Assembly (NCBI GenBank): GCA_042408215.1
Contig: JAYFMW010000012.1
Coordinates: forward strand, 28,248-92,247
Direction: 5' to 3'
DNA length: 64,000 nt
Origin: Microcoleus sp.
GTDB lineage: Bacteria; Cyanobacteriota; Cyanobacteriia; Cyanobacteriales; Microcoleaceae
A program made the position numbers and the translations under genes. Position 1 is the stretch's first letter, and the number at the start of each line of letters is the position of its first letter. Positions 10,083-20,152 of this stretch are shown piece by piece. Under the pieces are notes generated by a model. The model had not been told where the DNA came from. It saw only the letters and a list, made by a program, of their open reading frames with translations, and did not search any database.

Positions 10083-10717
10083 CTTTTGGATCAGAAGAAT
10101 CCGAGTATTCCACAGAACCTACCGCAGGGAAAGGCTCGCCAGAAGTACCGGAGATCAATGCTCGCTGGTACGCTGTTCAGGTAGCTTCCGGCTGCGAGAA
10201 GCGGGTGAAGGCAAATTTGCAACAGCGGATTCAAACTTTGGATGTTGCCGATCGCATCGTGCAAGTGGAAATTCCACAAACTCCGGGGCTCAAAGTCGGT
10301 AAAGACGGTTCTAGGCGTCAATCAGACGAAAAAATATTTCCTGGCTACGTACTGATCCGAATGTTCATGGATGAGGATACGTGGCAGGTGATCAAAAATA
10401 CCCCGAATGTAATTAATTTTGTCGGGGCAGAGCAGAAACGCCGCTACGGGCGCGGGCGAGGTCACGTCAAACCGCTACCGCTGAGTCACTCAGAAGTAGA
10501 ACGGATCTTCAGAAACGCTCAGGAATCAGAACCGATTGTCAAAGTATCGATGGCAGTAGGAGACCACATTGTGGTACTTTCCGGGCCGTTTAAGGATTTT
10601 GAAGGTGATGTGATTGAAGTTAGCCCGGAACGGAACAAGCTCAAAGTTTTACTCTCGATTTTTGGGCGCGATACGCCTGTAGAATTGGAGTTCAATCAGG
10701 TTCAGAAACAGAACTAA
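10079..10717 (+). CDS. nusG: Transcription termination/antitermination factor NusG
   Basis: WYAVQVASGCEKRVK, FPGYVL, KOW motif SGPFKDFEG, IFGRDTPVEL. Confidence 0.98.
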   Translation: MTFGSEESEYSTEPTAGKGSPEVPEINARWYAVQVASGCEKRVKANLQQRIQTLDVADRIVQVEIPQTPGLKVGKDGSRRQSDEKIFPGYVLIRMFMDEDTWQVIKNTPNVINFVGAEQKRRYGRGRGHVKPLPLSHSEVERIFRNAQESEPIVKVSMAVGDHIVVLSGPFKDFEGDVIEVSPERNKLKVLLSIFGRDTPVELEFNQVQKQN

Positions 10718-10720
10718 CTA

Positions 10721-11146
10721 ATGGCAAAGAAAGTTGTTGCAGTAATTAAGTTGGCGATTACGGCGGGAAAAGCCAACCCAGCTCCTCCGATCGGCCCGGC
10801 CTTGGGTCAGCACGGCGTCAATATTATGATGTTTTGCAAGGAGTACAATGCTAGAACCGCAGACCAAGCGGGTCTGGTGGTTCCGGTAGAAATTTCGGTT
10901 TTTGAAGACCGGAGTTTTACGTTTATTCTCAAAACCCCGCCGGCGTCGGTGTTGATTCAAAAAGCGGCTGGCATTGCTAAAGGTTCCGGGGAACCGAACC
11001 GTAAGCAAGCAGGGTCGATTACCCAGGCTCAGTTGCGAGAAATTGCGGAAACGAAAATGCCTGACCTCAATGCTAATGATGTTGAGGCTGCCATGAGAAT
11101 TGTGGCAGGAACGGCTAAAAATATGGGCGTGGCGATCGCGGATTGA
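10721..11146 (+). CDS. rplK: 50S ribosomal protein L11
   Basis: [22 protein letters not shown]. Confidence 0.99.
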   Translation: MAKKVVAVIKLAITAGKANPAPPIGPALGQHGVNIMMFCKEYNARTADQAGLVVPVEISVFEDRSFTFILKTPPASVLIQKAAGIAKGSGEPNRKQAGSITQAQLREIAETKMPDLNANDVEAAMRIVAGTAKNMGVAIAD

Positions 11147-11504
11147 GGAAGAAGGAAGTTCGGCAACGGATTCGCTCCACGGATTTAACGGATGGATGGC
11201 CCTTCGGCTCCCTTCGGCTCCGCCCAGGGTAAAAAGAAGGAAGAGGGAAGAGGGAAGAGGGAAAAGGGAAAAGTTTTTTCTGATTCACAATTCTTAATTT
11301 CTAGTCCAAGTTCCAAATAGCTAATCCAAAATTGCTGATTTTCAATCCAAAATCCAAAATCCAAAATCGATCGATTCAGGGGGAGAAGCAAAGCTTCGCT
11401 AGGAATCGCAAGTATTTTAGATGGGAAACAACCGACTAGGTTCAATTCTTCAATCTAAAATCCAAAATCTCAAATCGAAAATCGACAGACCCCAAAAGAT
11501 CAAA

Positions 11505-12218
11505 ATGGCAAAGAAAATATCGCGCAGACTGCAAGAACTTCAAAAGAAGGTTGAAGATAGAGCTTATCTACCTTTGGAAGCTCTGCAACTTTTGAAAGAA
11601 ACAGCTACAGCTAAGTTTGCTGAGTCGGCTGAAGCTCACATCCGTTTGGGAATTGACCCAAAATATACTGACCAGCAGTTGCGGACAACTGTGTCGTTAC
11701 CAAAAGGAACTGGTCAAGTAGTCAGAATTGCGGTGATTGCTAAGGGCGAAAAAGTTAAAGAAGCCTTGAATGCTGGCGCTGATCTTGCTGGTTCTGAAGA
11801 GTTAATCGAGCAAATTCAGAAGGGCATGATGGACTTTGATTGCCTGATTGCTACCCCAGATGTGATGCCGTTGGTGGCAAAATTGGGTCGGTTGCTGGGA
11901 CCTCGCGGTTTGATGCCTTCTCCGAAAGGTGGCACGGTGACGGCTGATGTTGCTCAGGCGATCGGTGAGTTTAAAGGTGGTAAGATGGAATTCCGTGCCG
12001 ACAAAACTGGCATCGTTCATGTTATGTTTGGCAAGGCAGCTTTCTCAGCGGAAGATTTGCTGGTCAACCTTCATGCTTTGCAAGAAACTGTCGATCGCAA
12101 CCGTCCTTCTGGTGCTAAAGGTCGCTACTGGCGCAGTTTGTATGTATCCGCAACAATGGGCCCGTCGATCGAAGTCGATGTCAGCGTCCTGCGTGATACC
12201 AAACTTGATGCTGGCTAG
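11505..12218 (+). CDS. rplA: 50S ribosomal protein L1
   Basis: [22 protein letters not shown]; true start MAKKISRR at 11505. Confidence 0.98.
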   Translation: MAKKISRRLQELQKKVEDRAYLPLEALQLLKETATAKFAESAEAHIRLGIDPKYTDQQLRTTVSLPKGTGQVVRIAVIAKGEKVKEALNAGADLAGSEELIEQIQKGMMDFDCLIATPDVMPLVAKLGRLLGPRGLMPSPKGGTVTADVAQAIGEFKGGKMEFRADKTGIVHVMFGKAAFSAEDLLVNLHALQETVDRNRPSGAKGRYWRSLYVSATMGPSIEVDVSVLRDTKLDAG

Positions 12219-12264
12219 AAAGAATACTAATTTCTGTCTGCTCGTCATAGCCTAATTCAAAATC

Positions 12265-12415
12265 AATAAGCTGAAGACCGCAGGTGCCGATCGCGCTTAA
12301 TTTCCTGCCGAGGCTGAAGAACTAAAAACTCAAGACTAAAGATTAAAAATTTTCGATTTTTAATTCTGAATTCTTAACTTTTAATTCTCTGCCCCGGCTC
12401 GAAGGTCGGGGTTTT
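12265..12415 (+). promoter_or_regulatory. Ribosomal protein L10 leader (rplJL autoregulatory RNA)
   Basis: GAAGACCGCAGG...TTAATTTCCTGCCGAGG motif and hairpin CCCCGGCTCGAAGGTCGGGG-TTTTT upstream of rplJ. Confidence 0.75.
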
Positions 12416-12458
12416 TGATGGTCAGTTTTCGATCATCCTTAAAGGAGGTGAAATAAGT

Positions 12459-13049
12459 ATGGGCAAAAGTTTAGCAGTAAAAAATGAGATTATTGCAGAT
12501 CTCAAGCAAACCTTGAGCGAATCTCAATTGGTAATCGCGATCGACTACAAAGGTTTAACTGTTGCTGAAATCACAGATTTGCGCCGGCGTTTGCGCCCGA
12601 AAGGCAGCAGTTGCCAAGTGGCAAAAAACACGCTGATGCGAATTGCTGTTGAAGGTAACGAAACCTGGCAGCCGATGCAGGAATTACTGACTGGTACGTC
12701 GGCGTTTCTGTTCGTGCAAGAAGATATCGGCGGCGCGATTAAAGCTTACCAAGAATTCCAAAAAGTCTCTAAAAAGACTGAACTTCGCGGCGGCGTGATG
12801 GAAGGACGGGTGCTGAAAGAAGCTGATGTTAAGGCCTTAGCGGATCTGCCGTCGAAAGAACAACTCATGGCTCAAATTGCTGGTGCTATCAACGGTGTGG
12901 CTACCAAGCTGGCTGTGGGTATCAGTCAAGTTCCTACTTCGATCGCTCGTGGTCTCAAAGCTTATGCTGAAAAAGACCAAAACGGCGATTCAGTAGAAGC
13001 AGAAGTAGAAGCAGAAGCAGAAGCAGAAGCAGAAAGCGTATCTGCTTAG
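12459..13049 (+). CDS. rplJ: 50S ribosomal protein L10
   Basis: DYKGLTVAEITDLRR..VAKNTL..LPSKEQL; AGGAGG RBS. Confidence 0.98.
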   Translation: MGKSLAVKNEIIADLKQTLSESQLVIAIDYKGLTVAEITDLRRRLRPKGSSCQVAKNTLMRIAVEGNETWQPMQELLTGTSAFLFVQEDIGGAIKAYQEFQKVSKKTELRGGVMEGRVLKEADVKALADLPSKEQLMAQIAGAINGVATKLAVGISQVPTSIARGLKAYAEKDQNGDSVEAEVEAEAEAEAESVSA

Positions 13050-13112
13050 TCATCAGTCATTAGTCATTAGTCATCAGTCATTAGTCATCAGTCATTAGTC
13101 ATCAGTCATTAG
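13049..13112. repeat. STRR heptamer tract (AGTCATC/AGTCATT)n
   Basis: Visible 7-bp repeats between rplJ and rplL. Confidence 0.9.
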
Positions 13113-13213
13113 TGCTGAGCAACAGACTGAAGACGGGAGACGAGAAACTAATGATGAATGAGCGATCGCAAATTCAAAATCCACAATCTAAAATCGAATT
13201 AGGAGTTCAACAA

Positions 13214-13600
13214 ATGTCTACTGCAACTGATGAAATCTTGGAAAAACTTAAGTCTTTGACTTTGCTCGAAGCATCTGAATTGGTGAAGCAAATCGAAGAA
13301 GCTTTCGGTGTCAGCGCTGCGGCTCCTGTGGGTGGCATGATGATGATGGCTGGTGCTGCTGCCGCTGTTGAAGAAGTAGAAGTGCAAACCGAGTTTACTG
13401 TCATGTTGGAAGAAGTTCCTGCTGACAAGAAAATCGCAATTCTGAAGGAAGTCCGGGCGATTACCGGTTTGGGCTTGAAGGAAGCAAAAGATTTGGTAGA
13501 AGCCGCACCGAAAGCAGTGAAGGAAGCTCTTGCTAAGGAAGCTGCTGAAGAATTGAAGAAACAGCTTGAAGCTGTGGGCGCAAAGGTATCTGTTAAGTAG
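13214..13600 (+). CDS. rplL: 50S ribosomal protein L7/L12
   Basis: [43 protein letters not shown] before ATG at 13214. Confidence 0.98.
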   Translation: MSTATDEILEKLKSLTLLEASELVKQIEEAFGVSAAAPVGGMMMMAGAAAAVEEVEVQTEFTVMLEEVPADKKIAILKEVRAITGLGLKEAKDLVEAAPKAVKEALAKEAAEELKKQLEAVGAKVSVK

Positions 13601-13641
13601 TAACAGAGTATAGTTGACAGGTTAAAACCTGTCGCTATCAG

Positions 13642-13676
13642 ACCTCAGTCTTCACGTAAAGACTGAGGTTTTTTTC
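13642..13676 (+). terminator. Rho-independent terminator after rplL
   Basis: ACCTCAGTCTT-cacgta-AAGACTGAGGT stem followed by a T run. Confidence 0.85.
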
Positions 13677-13763
13677 TTAATTCATACCATCAGGACACGG
13701 CAGTGCCGTTTCCCTACTCATGATTATTTTACGGTAGGGAAACCGCTCCGTGCCCTCCAGGAG

Positions 13764-14996
13764 CTAAGTCTTAATAAGATCAGCTAGATCAGGAGAAAGT
13801 AACAGGTTCGGAAATAGTAAAGTTTCCAAGTAATGAAACTTTATTCCGTAAAGACTCTTGATTTCTTTAATTTGTGCAAGAATCTGAGTTTTATCTATAT
13901 TCCGATTAGTTTTAATTCCTACAATCATGATATTTTTACTTGTATGCTCAGAAGATATAAACTCAAAAACCTTAGCCTCGTAGCCAGATAATTCAAGTAG
14001 GAGCGCTCTTAATCCATCAGTCACTATTTCTGATTGTCTCTCTAGCAAAATTCCAAACTTCAGGATATCCTTCAAACTCGTAGTGGGAGCCATTTCTTTC
14101 CTAACTTGCTTGTGGCAGCATGGCGCTAGGATAATTAAAGAAGAATGAGACTTTATTCCTTGATAAATTGCATCATCTGTTGCAGTATCGCACGCATGGA
14201 GCGCTATGGTCACATCTGTTTTTTCGGCGCTGTAACTCTTGATATTTCCCGGCTCGAAATGTAAATTTTCAAAATTCACCGATTCGGCAACAGAATTACA
14301 AAATGCTACTAAATTTGTTCTGCTTTCTATCCCAATAACTGATGCTTGCTTATTCAGAATATTGTTCAAAAAATCATACATTGCAAAGGTCAAGTATCCC
14401 TTACCTGAACCCATATCAACGACAGATAACTGATTTATTGCTGCCAATCCTGATGATTCAAGTAAGCCATCCACAATTTCAACAAACTTATCGATCTGCC
14501 TGAACTTATCTTCCATCGTTTTCACGACGTTACCCTGCTTATTTGTAATGCCTAATGCTGTAAGATAGGCATTATTTTCAGATGCAATCCATCGTTGCTT
14601 TTTGCGATCGTGTTCCTGCGGAATTGTGCTAGCATAGTCAGGAAAAGTGGGCTTAATAAAAGAGAGTCTTAGTTTCTGATTATTGCCATATTCAAGTTGA
14701 ATATCTTGTTTTATGGTGAATAATCTGCTACTCATAAAATCGTTGCCAATCAAGGTATTGACTAGATTAATGCCATCCGGTATAGAGTGATTAGTTGCGA
14801 TTTCTTTGGTTTTATAGCAGTAGGTCAAAGATAATTTGATGCCAGATTTTATTTTGATAATTCTAGCAACAAGTTTATTTAAAAAATCTTCTTTGCCTCG
14901 ATACTTTCCCAAAGTCAATCTAACAAACTCTTGGCTCTCAATACTAGCGGTTAGAATGGAGATGAACTGTTCTTGTGTGTTGGTATTGGTAGTCAT
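13764..14996 (-). CDS. SAM-dependent methyltransferase (Methyltransf_32-like)
   Basis: VVDMGSGKGYLTF motif I; ALHACDTATD..APCCH signature. Confidence 0.85.
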   Translation of the reverse strand: MTTNTNTQEQFISILTASIESQEFVRLTLGKYRGKEDFLNKLVARIIKIKSGIKLSLTYCYKTKEIATNHSIPDGINLVNTLIGNDFMSSRLFTIKQDIQLEYGNNQKLRLSFIKPTFPDYASTIPQEHDRKKQRWIASENNAYLTALGITNKQGNVVKTMEDKFRQIDKFVEIVDGLLESSGLAAINQLSVVDMGSGKGYLTFAMYDFLNNILNKQASVIGIESRTNLVAFCNSVAESVNFENLHFEPGNIKSYSAEKTDVTIALHACDTATDDAIYQGIKSHSSLIILAPCCHKQVRKEMAPTTSLKDILKFGILLERQSEIVTDGLRALLLELSGYEAKVFEFISSEHTSKNIMIVGIKTNRNIDKTQILAQIKEIKSLYGIKFHYLETLLFPNLLLSPDLADLIKT

Positions 14997-15069
14997 TATT
15001 TATGATGAATCATGTTTTTACAGCGGTTTGGAACCGCTGTATTGTTTTTTGGGCTTTGAAGTAAGGCTA

Positions 15070-16059
15070 TCAGACTTGAGCAGCTTTGGCTGTCACTGTC
15101 TCTGTTAATTGTCGCGACGAATTAGTCCGTACAGCGCGGAACATCCCGAACCGGCAAAGACCGGCACCGAATGCTAATCGCATCAGTAAAAGAGTTGGTA
15201 CTTCTCGCAAAGATTTAATGAAACCTGATAAACCAAAACGCACTAATCCTGCTGGTCTAGCGACTCCTTGCCAGATAGAATCTAACCAAGAAGGAATTGT
15301 TTGTTCCGTCCAATCTGCTGTGACTACTTTTCCCTCGACGAATTCGGTTGCTTCCAAAAGTTCGGAAAAGCCCTCGATGCTTGAAAACGCGGGATGTGAC
15401 CATTGATCCAGCAATTGCTGCATGACTGGTTTCTCCCAAAAATTGAGCGGTTTTTGCCGATCGTCCCTTTGATTCCAGTCAGCTAAAACCAGGACTCCAC
15501 CGGGCTTGAGCACTCTCATCAACTCACGGGCAAAAATGGCTTTGTCCGGCATATGGGGGCCAGCTTCGATCGACCAAACTACATCAAAACTACCATCAGG
15601 AAAAGAAAGCGCCATAGCATCATCCACCAGAAACTGCAAATCAAGTTCCTGAGAAGTTAACTGCTGGGCGCGTTGGACTTGTTGGGGACTAATAGTAATA
15701 GCTGTGACTGCAAAGCCGTAATCCCGTGCCAAAATGCGGCTGCTACCGCCAATTCCACACCCAACATCTAAGACGGTAGTACCAGGGGGCAATTTATCTA
15801 AACCACCCCAACTGACCATTTCATGTACGAAGTCAGATTTAGCAACGAGAAAATCTTTCCGTTGGGGTGGGGAACCATAATGACCTAAGTGGATATGTTC
15901 GCCCCAGTAAAATTCCAAAATACCGTCTTCTGTCCATTCGTCGTAGGAGTTGGCTACGGAGTTAGATGATTGATAACTGCGAGGTGTAATGAGGTATAAG
16001 GCGATGCCTACTGTCGTTAGTGCGAGGAGAATTCCTAGGGCCCAAACAAATAAATTCAT
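15070..16059 (-). CDS. MPBQ/MSBQ (tocopherol/plastoquinone pathway) methyltransferase
   Basis: YWGEHIHLGHY, LDVGCGIGGSSR, WSIEAGPHMPDK; N-terminal TM helix; start probably MNLFV. Confidence 0.85.
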   Translation of the reverse strand: MNLFVWALGILLALTTVGIALYLITPRSYQSSNSVANSYDEWTEDGILEFYWGEHIHLGHYGSPPQRKDFLVAKSDFVHEMVSWGGLDKLPPGTTVLDVGCGIGGSSRILARDYGFAVTAITISPQQVQRAQQLTSQELDLQFLVDDAMALSFPDGSFDVVWSIEAGPHMPDKAIFARELMRVLKPGGVLVLADWNQRDDRQKPLNFWEKPVMQQLLDQWSHPAFSSIEGFSELLEATEFVEGKVVTADWTEQTIPSWLDSIWQGVARPAGLVRFGLSGFIKSLREVPTLLLMRLAFGAGLCRFGMFRAVRTNSSRQLTETVTAKAAQV

Positions 16060-16125
16060 TGAGAGTAAGTGTGAATATCTTTCCATAATTTTAGCTGATT
16101 TATATTAGTAACGAGAGATCTTTTA

Positions 16126-16425
16126 GGGTGCGTCGCTATCAGATTTTTCAGGTTTCCCAGTAGATGACTGATGGCGACGCACCCTACGATATTTACTACG
16201 ATAGGTGCGTCGCTATCAGATTTTTCAGGTTTCCCAGTAGATGACTGATGGCGACGCACCCTAGGATATTTACTTGTAGGGTGCGTCGCTATCAGATTTT
16301 TTAGGTTTCCCAGTAGATGACTGATGGCGACGCACCCTAGGATATTTACTTGTAGGGTGCGTCGCTATCAGATTTTTTAGGTTTCCCAGTAGATGACTGA
16401 TGGCGACGCACCCTAGGATATTTAC
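16126..16425. repeat. Four tandem ~76-bp REP-like hairpin units
   Basis: AGGGTGCGTCGCTATCAG...CTGATGGCGACGCACCCT repeated four times. Confidence 0.95.
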
Positions 16426-18021
16426 TTAGATTTTAGAGGCTGCTTCCATTTGGCGCACGACTGTTAAAGCAGAATAGGAAACGCCGGCGGTTCCTTCTCC
16501 GGGATGGGTGGAGTCGCCCACCAACCAGAGGTTTTGAATGGGTGTGCGATTAGCAAAGCCGAAGGGCCCGAAGGTTGGTACTCGCTGGCCGATGCCGCCC
16601 ACAACGCCTCTATCTCTCGCTGTATAACGCGCAAAGGTGCGGGGTGTAGCTGATTCTTGATGGACGATCGCCCCTGGTGTTAAATCGAAATATTCGCTCA
16701 AACGGGCGATCGCCCCTGCGGTATATTGTTGCTTCAACCCTTCATAATCCGTACAATTCCACCACATTCGAGTATCAGTAAAGGAAGAAGCAATGACAGT
16801 CGCCATTCCCGCTGGTGCTCTACCATCTCCCGGATGACTGACAGAAACAAACAATGAATTATTCTCGCCTATCTCGCCGTCGTAGTCATAGAGAAACTGA
16901 AGATGAGGCGGACAATTTGCCGGAATTGCGCTTTCTTTCACTCCTAAATATATCACAAAAGCGCCGGATGCAGGCGGCAATTTATCGACTCGATATTTGT
17001 AGCCATTCATTTGATAGGGCAATTTAGCATCCGGTGATTTTGTAACGGATTTGTCCGATAAATCTGCGGATTCTTGTGATGTTATTGAATCAGTTTCTAA
17101 CAATTTAACTAGATTTTGTGCGGTGACGTTGGCGACAATATCATCGGCGGTTTCTGTCCAAACTTCGCCGGTTTTTTGATTGCGAATCACTGTACCGATC
17201 GCTTTACCGTTGGCTGTGACAATGCTTTCAACGGTGTGACGGAGTAAAAGTTTGCCGCCATCTCGTTCGATCGCATCTACGAGTCGATCGCTCAATACCT
17301 GCATACTCCCTTGCAGATGATACAATCCTTGTGGCTCTTGGGAAACCCCCAAAGCCGTCGCCGCGTAAAGTAGCGCTGTTTCTTCGGTGTCTACTTGAGA
17401 ATACAATTTTAACTGCAAATCCAGAAAAGTTCTCAAGCGCAAATTATCGCCCAATCCACAAAGCCGCAAAGCATCTCCCACTGTCATAAAAGTGAAAGGT
17501 AAAGTAATCAGAGTATCGGGGCGAACAGCTTTAATTAATTGCCAGAAATCCCAGAAGTTTCTGGGCGGTAAAACTGGATCGCGCCCTTGAAATTTCCAGC
17601 TAGCTTGGAATAATGTAGATAATAATTGCCAAAAAGGTTCGCTTCCGGGAAACTGTTTTTGTCTTTCTTGTTGCCACTTTTGGGGATTTCGCCAGACGCT
17701 AATGGGTGCGGTTTCTCCTGGCAAAAATACTGCACAGGCCCGATCGCAGGGTGTGGCTGCAGGAAGCTCTATATCTAATTCTGAGAAGATGCGGTGGTGA
17801 ATGCCTCCGGGCTCCAATCCTGCTACTTGGGTGGCACCGACATCGAAGGTAAAGCCTTTGCGCTTGAAGGTGGAAGCGCAGCCGCCGGGGACGATCGCCT
17901 GATCTAAGACTAGCACCTGGTATCCTCTGCGAGCTAGCAAGGCGGCTGCTGTCAAACCGCCGATTCCGGCTCCGATGACGGTGACGCGGGATTTGCTCTG
18001 AGGTGTGCGATCGCTTGCCAT
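16426..18021 (-). CDS. crtD: Carotenoid C-3',4' desaturase (myxoxanthophyll pathway)
   Basis: FAD motif VIGAGIGGL, FDVGATQVAGLEPGGIH, GDSTHPGEGTAGVS. Confidence 0.85.
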   Translation of the reverse strand: MASDRTPQSKSRVTVIGAGIGGLTAAALLARRGYQVLVLDQAIVPGGCASTFKRKGFTFDVGATQVAGLEPGGIHHRIFSELDIELPAATPCDRACAVFLPGETAPISVWRNPQKWQQERQKQFPGSEPFWQLLSTLFQASWKFQGRDPVLPPRNFWDFWQLIKAVRPDTLITLPFTFMTVGDALRLCGLGDNLRLRTFLDLQLKLYSQVDTEETALLYAATALGVSQEPQGLYHLQGSMQVLSDRLVDAIERDGGKLLLRHTVESIVTANGKAIGTVIRNQKTGEVWTETADDIVANVTAQNLVKLLETDSITSQESADLSDKSVTKSPDAKLPYQMNGYKYRVDKLPPASGAFVIYLGVKESAIPANCPPHLQFLYDYDGEIGENNSLFVSVSHPGDGRAPAGMATVIASSFTDTRMWWNCTDYEGLKQQYTAGAIARLSEYFDLTPGAIVHQESATPRTFARYTARDRGVVGGIGQRVPTFGPFGFANRTPIQNLWLVGDSTHPGEGTAGVSYSALTVVRQMEAASKI

Positions 18022-18091
18022 AATTGATTTATTGTAATATTTCTTAATATTATGCTCAGATTTCGCAACAAAACGTAAAACGCGATCGGTG

Positions 18092-18127
18092 TTAGATCCC
18101 CGACTTCTTTAAGAAGTCGGGGATCTG
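18092..18127. repeat. Palindromic element AGATCCCCGACTTCTTTAAGAAGTCGGGGATCT
   Basis: Near-perfect inverted repeat. Confidence 0.85.
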
Positions 18128-18166
18128 AATAGCGATCGCGCGATCGCTCCTGCTGCTGATTTAGAA

Positions 18167-20056
18167 TCAGTGACGGCGCCACTTGTTGAGATAAGCTTCT
18201 CCAATCCCAGCAACTGCTTGCTGTTGAGCTAGCTTGTCTTGTAAAGCTTTGATGGTTCTTAGCTGTTCTTGAGACTGTTGCTGCAAAGCGTCATAATTTC
18301 GCTGTTTGGCTGCACTCTGGCTCAATTGATGCTCTATATCTTGCAACTTGGTTAGTTGAACTTGGAAATGGTCGATCGCACTTTCCCGTTCTGTCAACTG
18401 TTGCTGTAAAGTTTCGTAACTTGACTTACTTACACTTTCGTGCAATTGCTGTTCCAGATTTTGCTTTTCTTGGGCTGATTGAGCCAGCAAAGAATTGAGC
18501 GCACTTTCCCGTTCCGACAACTGTTGCTGTAAAGTTTCGTAACTTGACTTACTTACACTTTCGTGCAATTGCTGTTCCAGAGTTTGCTTTTCTTGGGCTG
18601 ATTGAGCCAGCAAAGAATTGAGCGCACTTTCCCGTTCCGACAACTGTTGCTGTAATTGCTGTTCGAGATTTTGCTTTTCAGCTAATTGAGAATGCAATTG
18701 GGCGATCGCACTTTCCCGTTCCGTCAACTGTTGCTGTAAAGTTTCGTAACTTCTTACACTTTCGTGCAATTGGTGTTCGAGATTTTGTTTTTCTTGAGCC
18801 AATTGAGAATGCAATTGGTCGATCGCACTTTCCCGTTCCGACAACTGTTGCTGTAAACTTTCGTAACTTCTTACACTTTCGTGCAATTGGCTTTCCAGAT
18901 TTTGCTTTTCTTGGGCTGATTGAGCCAGCAAAGAATTGAGGGAATTTTCCCGTTCCGACAACTGTTGATGCAATTGCTGTTCGAGATTTTGCTTTTCGGC
19001 CAATTGAGAATGCAATTGGGCGATCGCACTTTCCCGTTCCGACAACTGTTGCTGTAAAGTTTCGTAACTTGACTTACTTACACTTTCGTGCAATTGCTGT
19101 TCCAGATTTTGCTTTTCTTGGGCTGATTGAGCCAGCCAAGAATTGAGGGAATTTTCCCGTTCCGACAACTGTTGCTGTAATTGCTGTTCGAGATTTTGTT
19201 TTTCGGCTAATTGAGAATGCAATTGGTCGATCGCACTTTCCCGTTCCGACAACTGTTGCTGTAAAGTTTCGTAACTTGACTTACTTACACTTTCGTGCAA
19301 TTGCTGTTCCAGATTTTGCTTTTCTTGGGCTGATTGAGCCAGCCAAGAATTGAGGGAATTTTCCCGTTCCGACAACTGTTGCTGTAATTGCTGTTCCAGA
19401 TTTTGTTTTTCGGCTAATTGAGAATGCAATTGGGCGATCGCACTTTCCCGTTCCGACAACTGTTGCTGTAAAGTTTCGTAACTTGACTTACTTACACTTT
19501 CGTGCAATTGCTGTTCCAGATTTTGCTTTTCTTGGGCTGATTGAGCCAGCCAAGAATTGAGGGAATTTTCCCGTTCTGTCAACTGTTGCTGTAAAGTTTC
19601 GTAACTTGACTTACTTACACTTTCGTGCAATTGGCTTTCCAGAGTTTGCTTGTCGGCCAATTGAGCATTCAATTGGGCGATCGCACTTTCCCGTTCCGTC
19701 AACAGTTGCTGTAAAGATTCGTAACTTGCTTGCAGCGGATTTGGCTGTTCCAATTGAGTTTCGGCCGTTTCAGCGCCATTAACTGCGCTTTCGGAGGCTG
19801 TTTCTTCTGGAACCTCGGCGACCTCGACTGCACTCCCTTGACTTTTTTTCCAAGTGACAGTAACTTCCGTCTTGTCCCTAGAAATATCCAGAGCGCCTTT
19901 TGCTAAGCGTTCTAGGAGTTCCGACCTGGATATGTCGAGCTTTCGAGCGATCGCATTCAATCGATCGGCACTATAGGGTGTCAGCGAAAGTCCGACTTTG
20001 ACCTTGCTTACTGAATCTGAACTAACTGGACTGCGATTTTTTTTTACCATTGGCAT
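18167..20056 (-). CDS. Ribbon-helix-helix (CopG-like) N-domain fused to long tandem coiled-coil repeats
   Basis: KVGLSLTP..DRLNAIARKLDISRSELLERLA RHH pattern; ~69-aa Q/E/L/S-rich repeats near-identical at DNA level. Confidence 0.75.
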   Translation of the reverse strand: MPMVKKNRSPVSSDSVSKVKVGLSLTPYSADRLNAIARKLDISRSELLERLAKGALDISRDKTEVTVTWKKSQGSAVEVAEVPEETASESAVNGAETAETQLEQPNPLQASYESLQQLLTERESAIAQLNAQLADKQTLESQLHESVSKSSYETLQQQLTERENSLNSWLAQSAQEKQNLEQQLHESVSKSSYETLQQQLSERESAIAQLHSQLAEKQNLEQQLQQQLSERENSLNSWLAQSAQEKQNLEQQLHESVSKSSYETLQQQLSERESAIDQLHSQLAEKQNLEQQLQQQLSERENSLNSWLAQSAQEKQNLEQQLHESVSKSSYETLQQQLSERESAIAQLHSQLAEKQNLEQQLHQQLSERENSLNSLLAQSAQEKQNLESQLHESVRSYESLQQQLSERESAIDQLHSQLAQEKQNLEHQLHESVRSYETLQQQLTERESAIAQLHSQLAEKQNLEQQLQQQLSERESALNSLLAQSAQEKQTLEQQLHESVSKSSYETLQQQLSERESALNSLLAQSAQEKQNLEQQLHESVSKSSYETLQQQLTERESAIDHFQVQLTKLQDIEHQLSQSAAKQRNYDALQQQSQEQLRTIKALQDKLAQQQAVAGIGEAYLNKWRRH

Positions 20057-20152
20057 TTTCCTGACGCCAATCTACACTTATTAGTATAGTGGCTGAAACT
20101 TCTGTTAAAATGAATTCTTGTTACTTACCAATTGTGGCAGATTTCGTTCCAA

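Noticed and set aside
11421..11504. N-terminal extensions of rplA (and of rplL at 13112-13213 and PiT at 7853-7999)
   Set aside because: They arise from upstream repeat or intergenic sequence; canonical starts lie downstream
16126..16425. Tandem 76-bp units as a mini CRISPR array
   Set aside because: The intervening sequences are identical, with no unique spacers; REP-like instead
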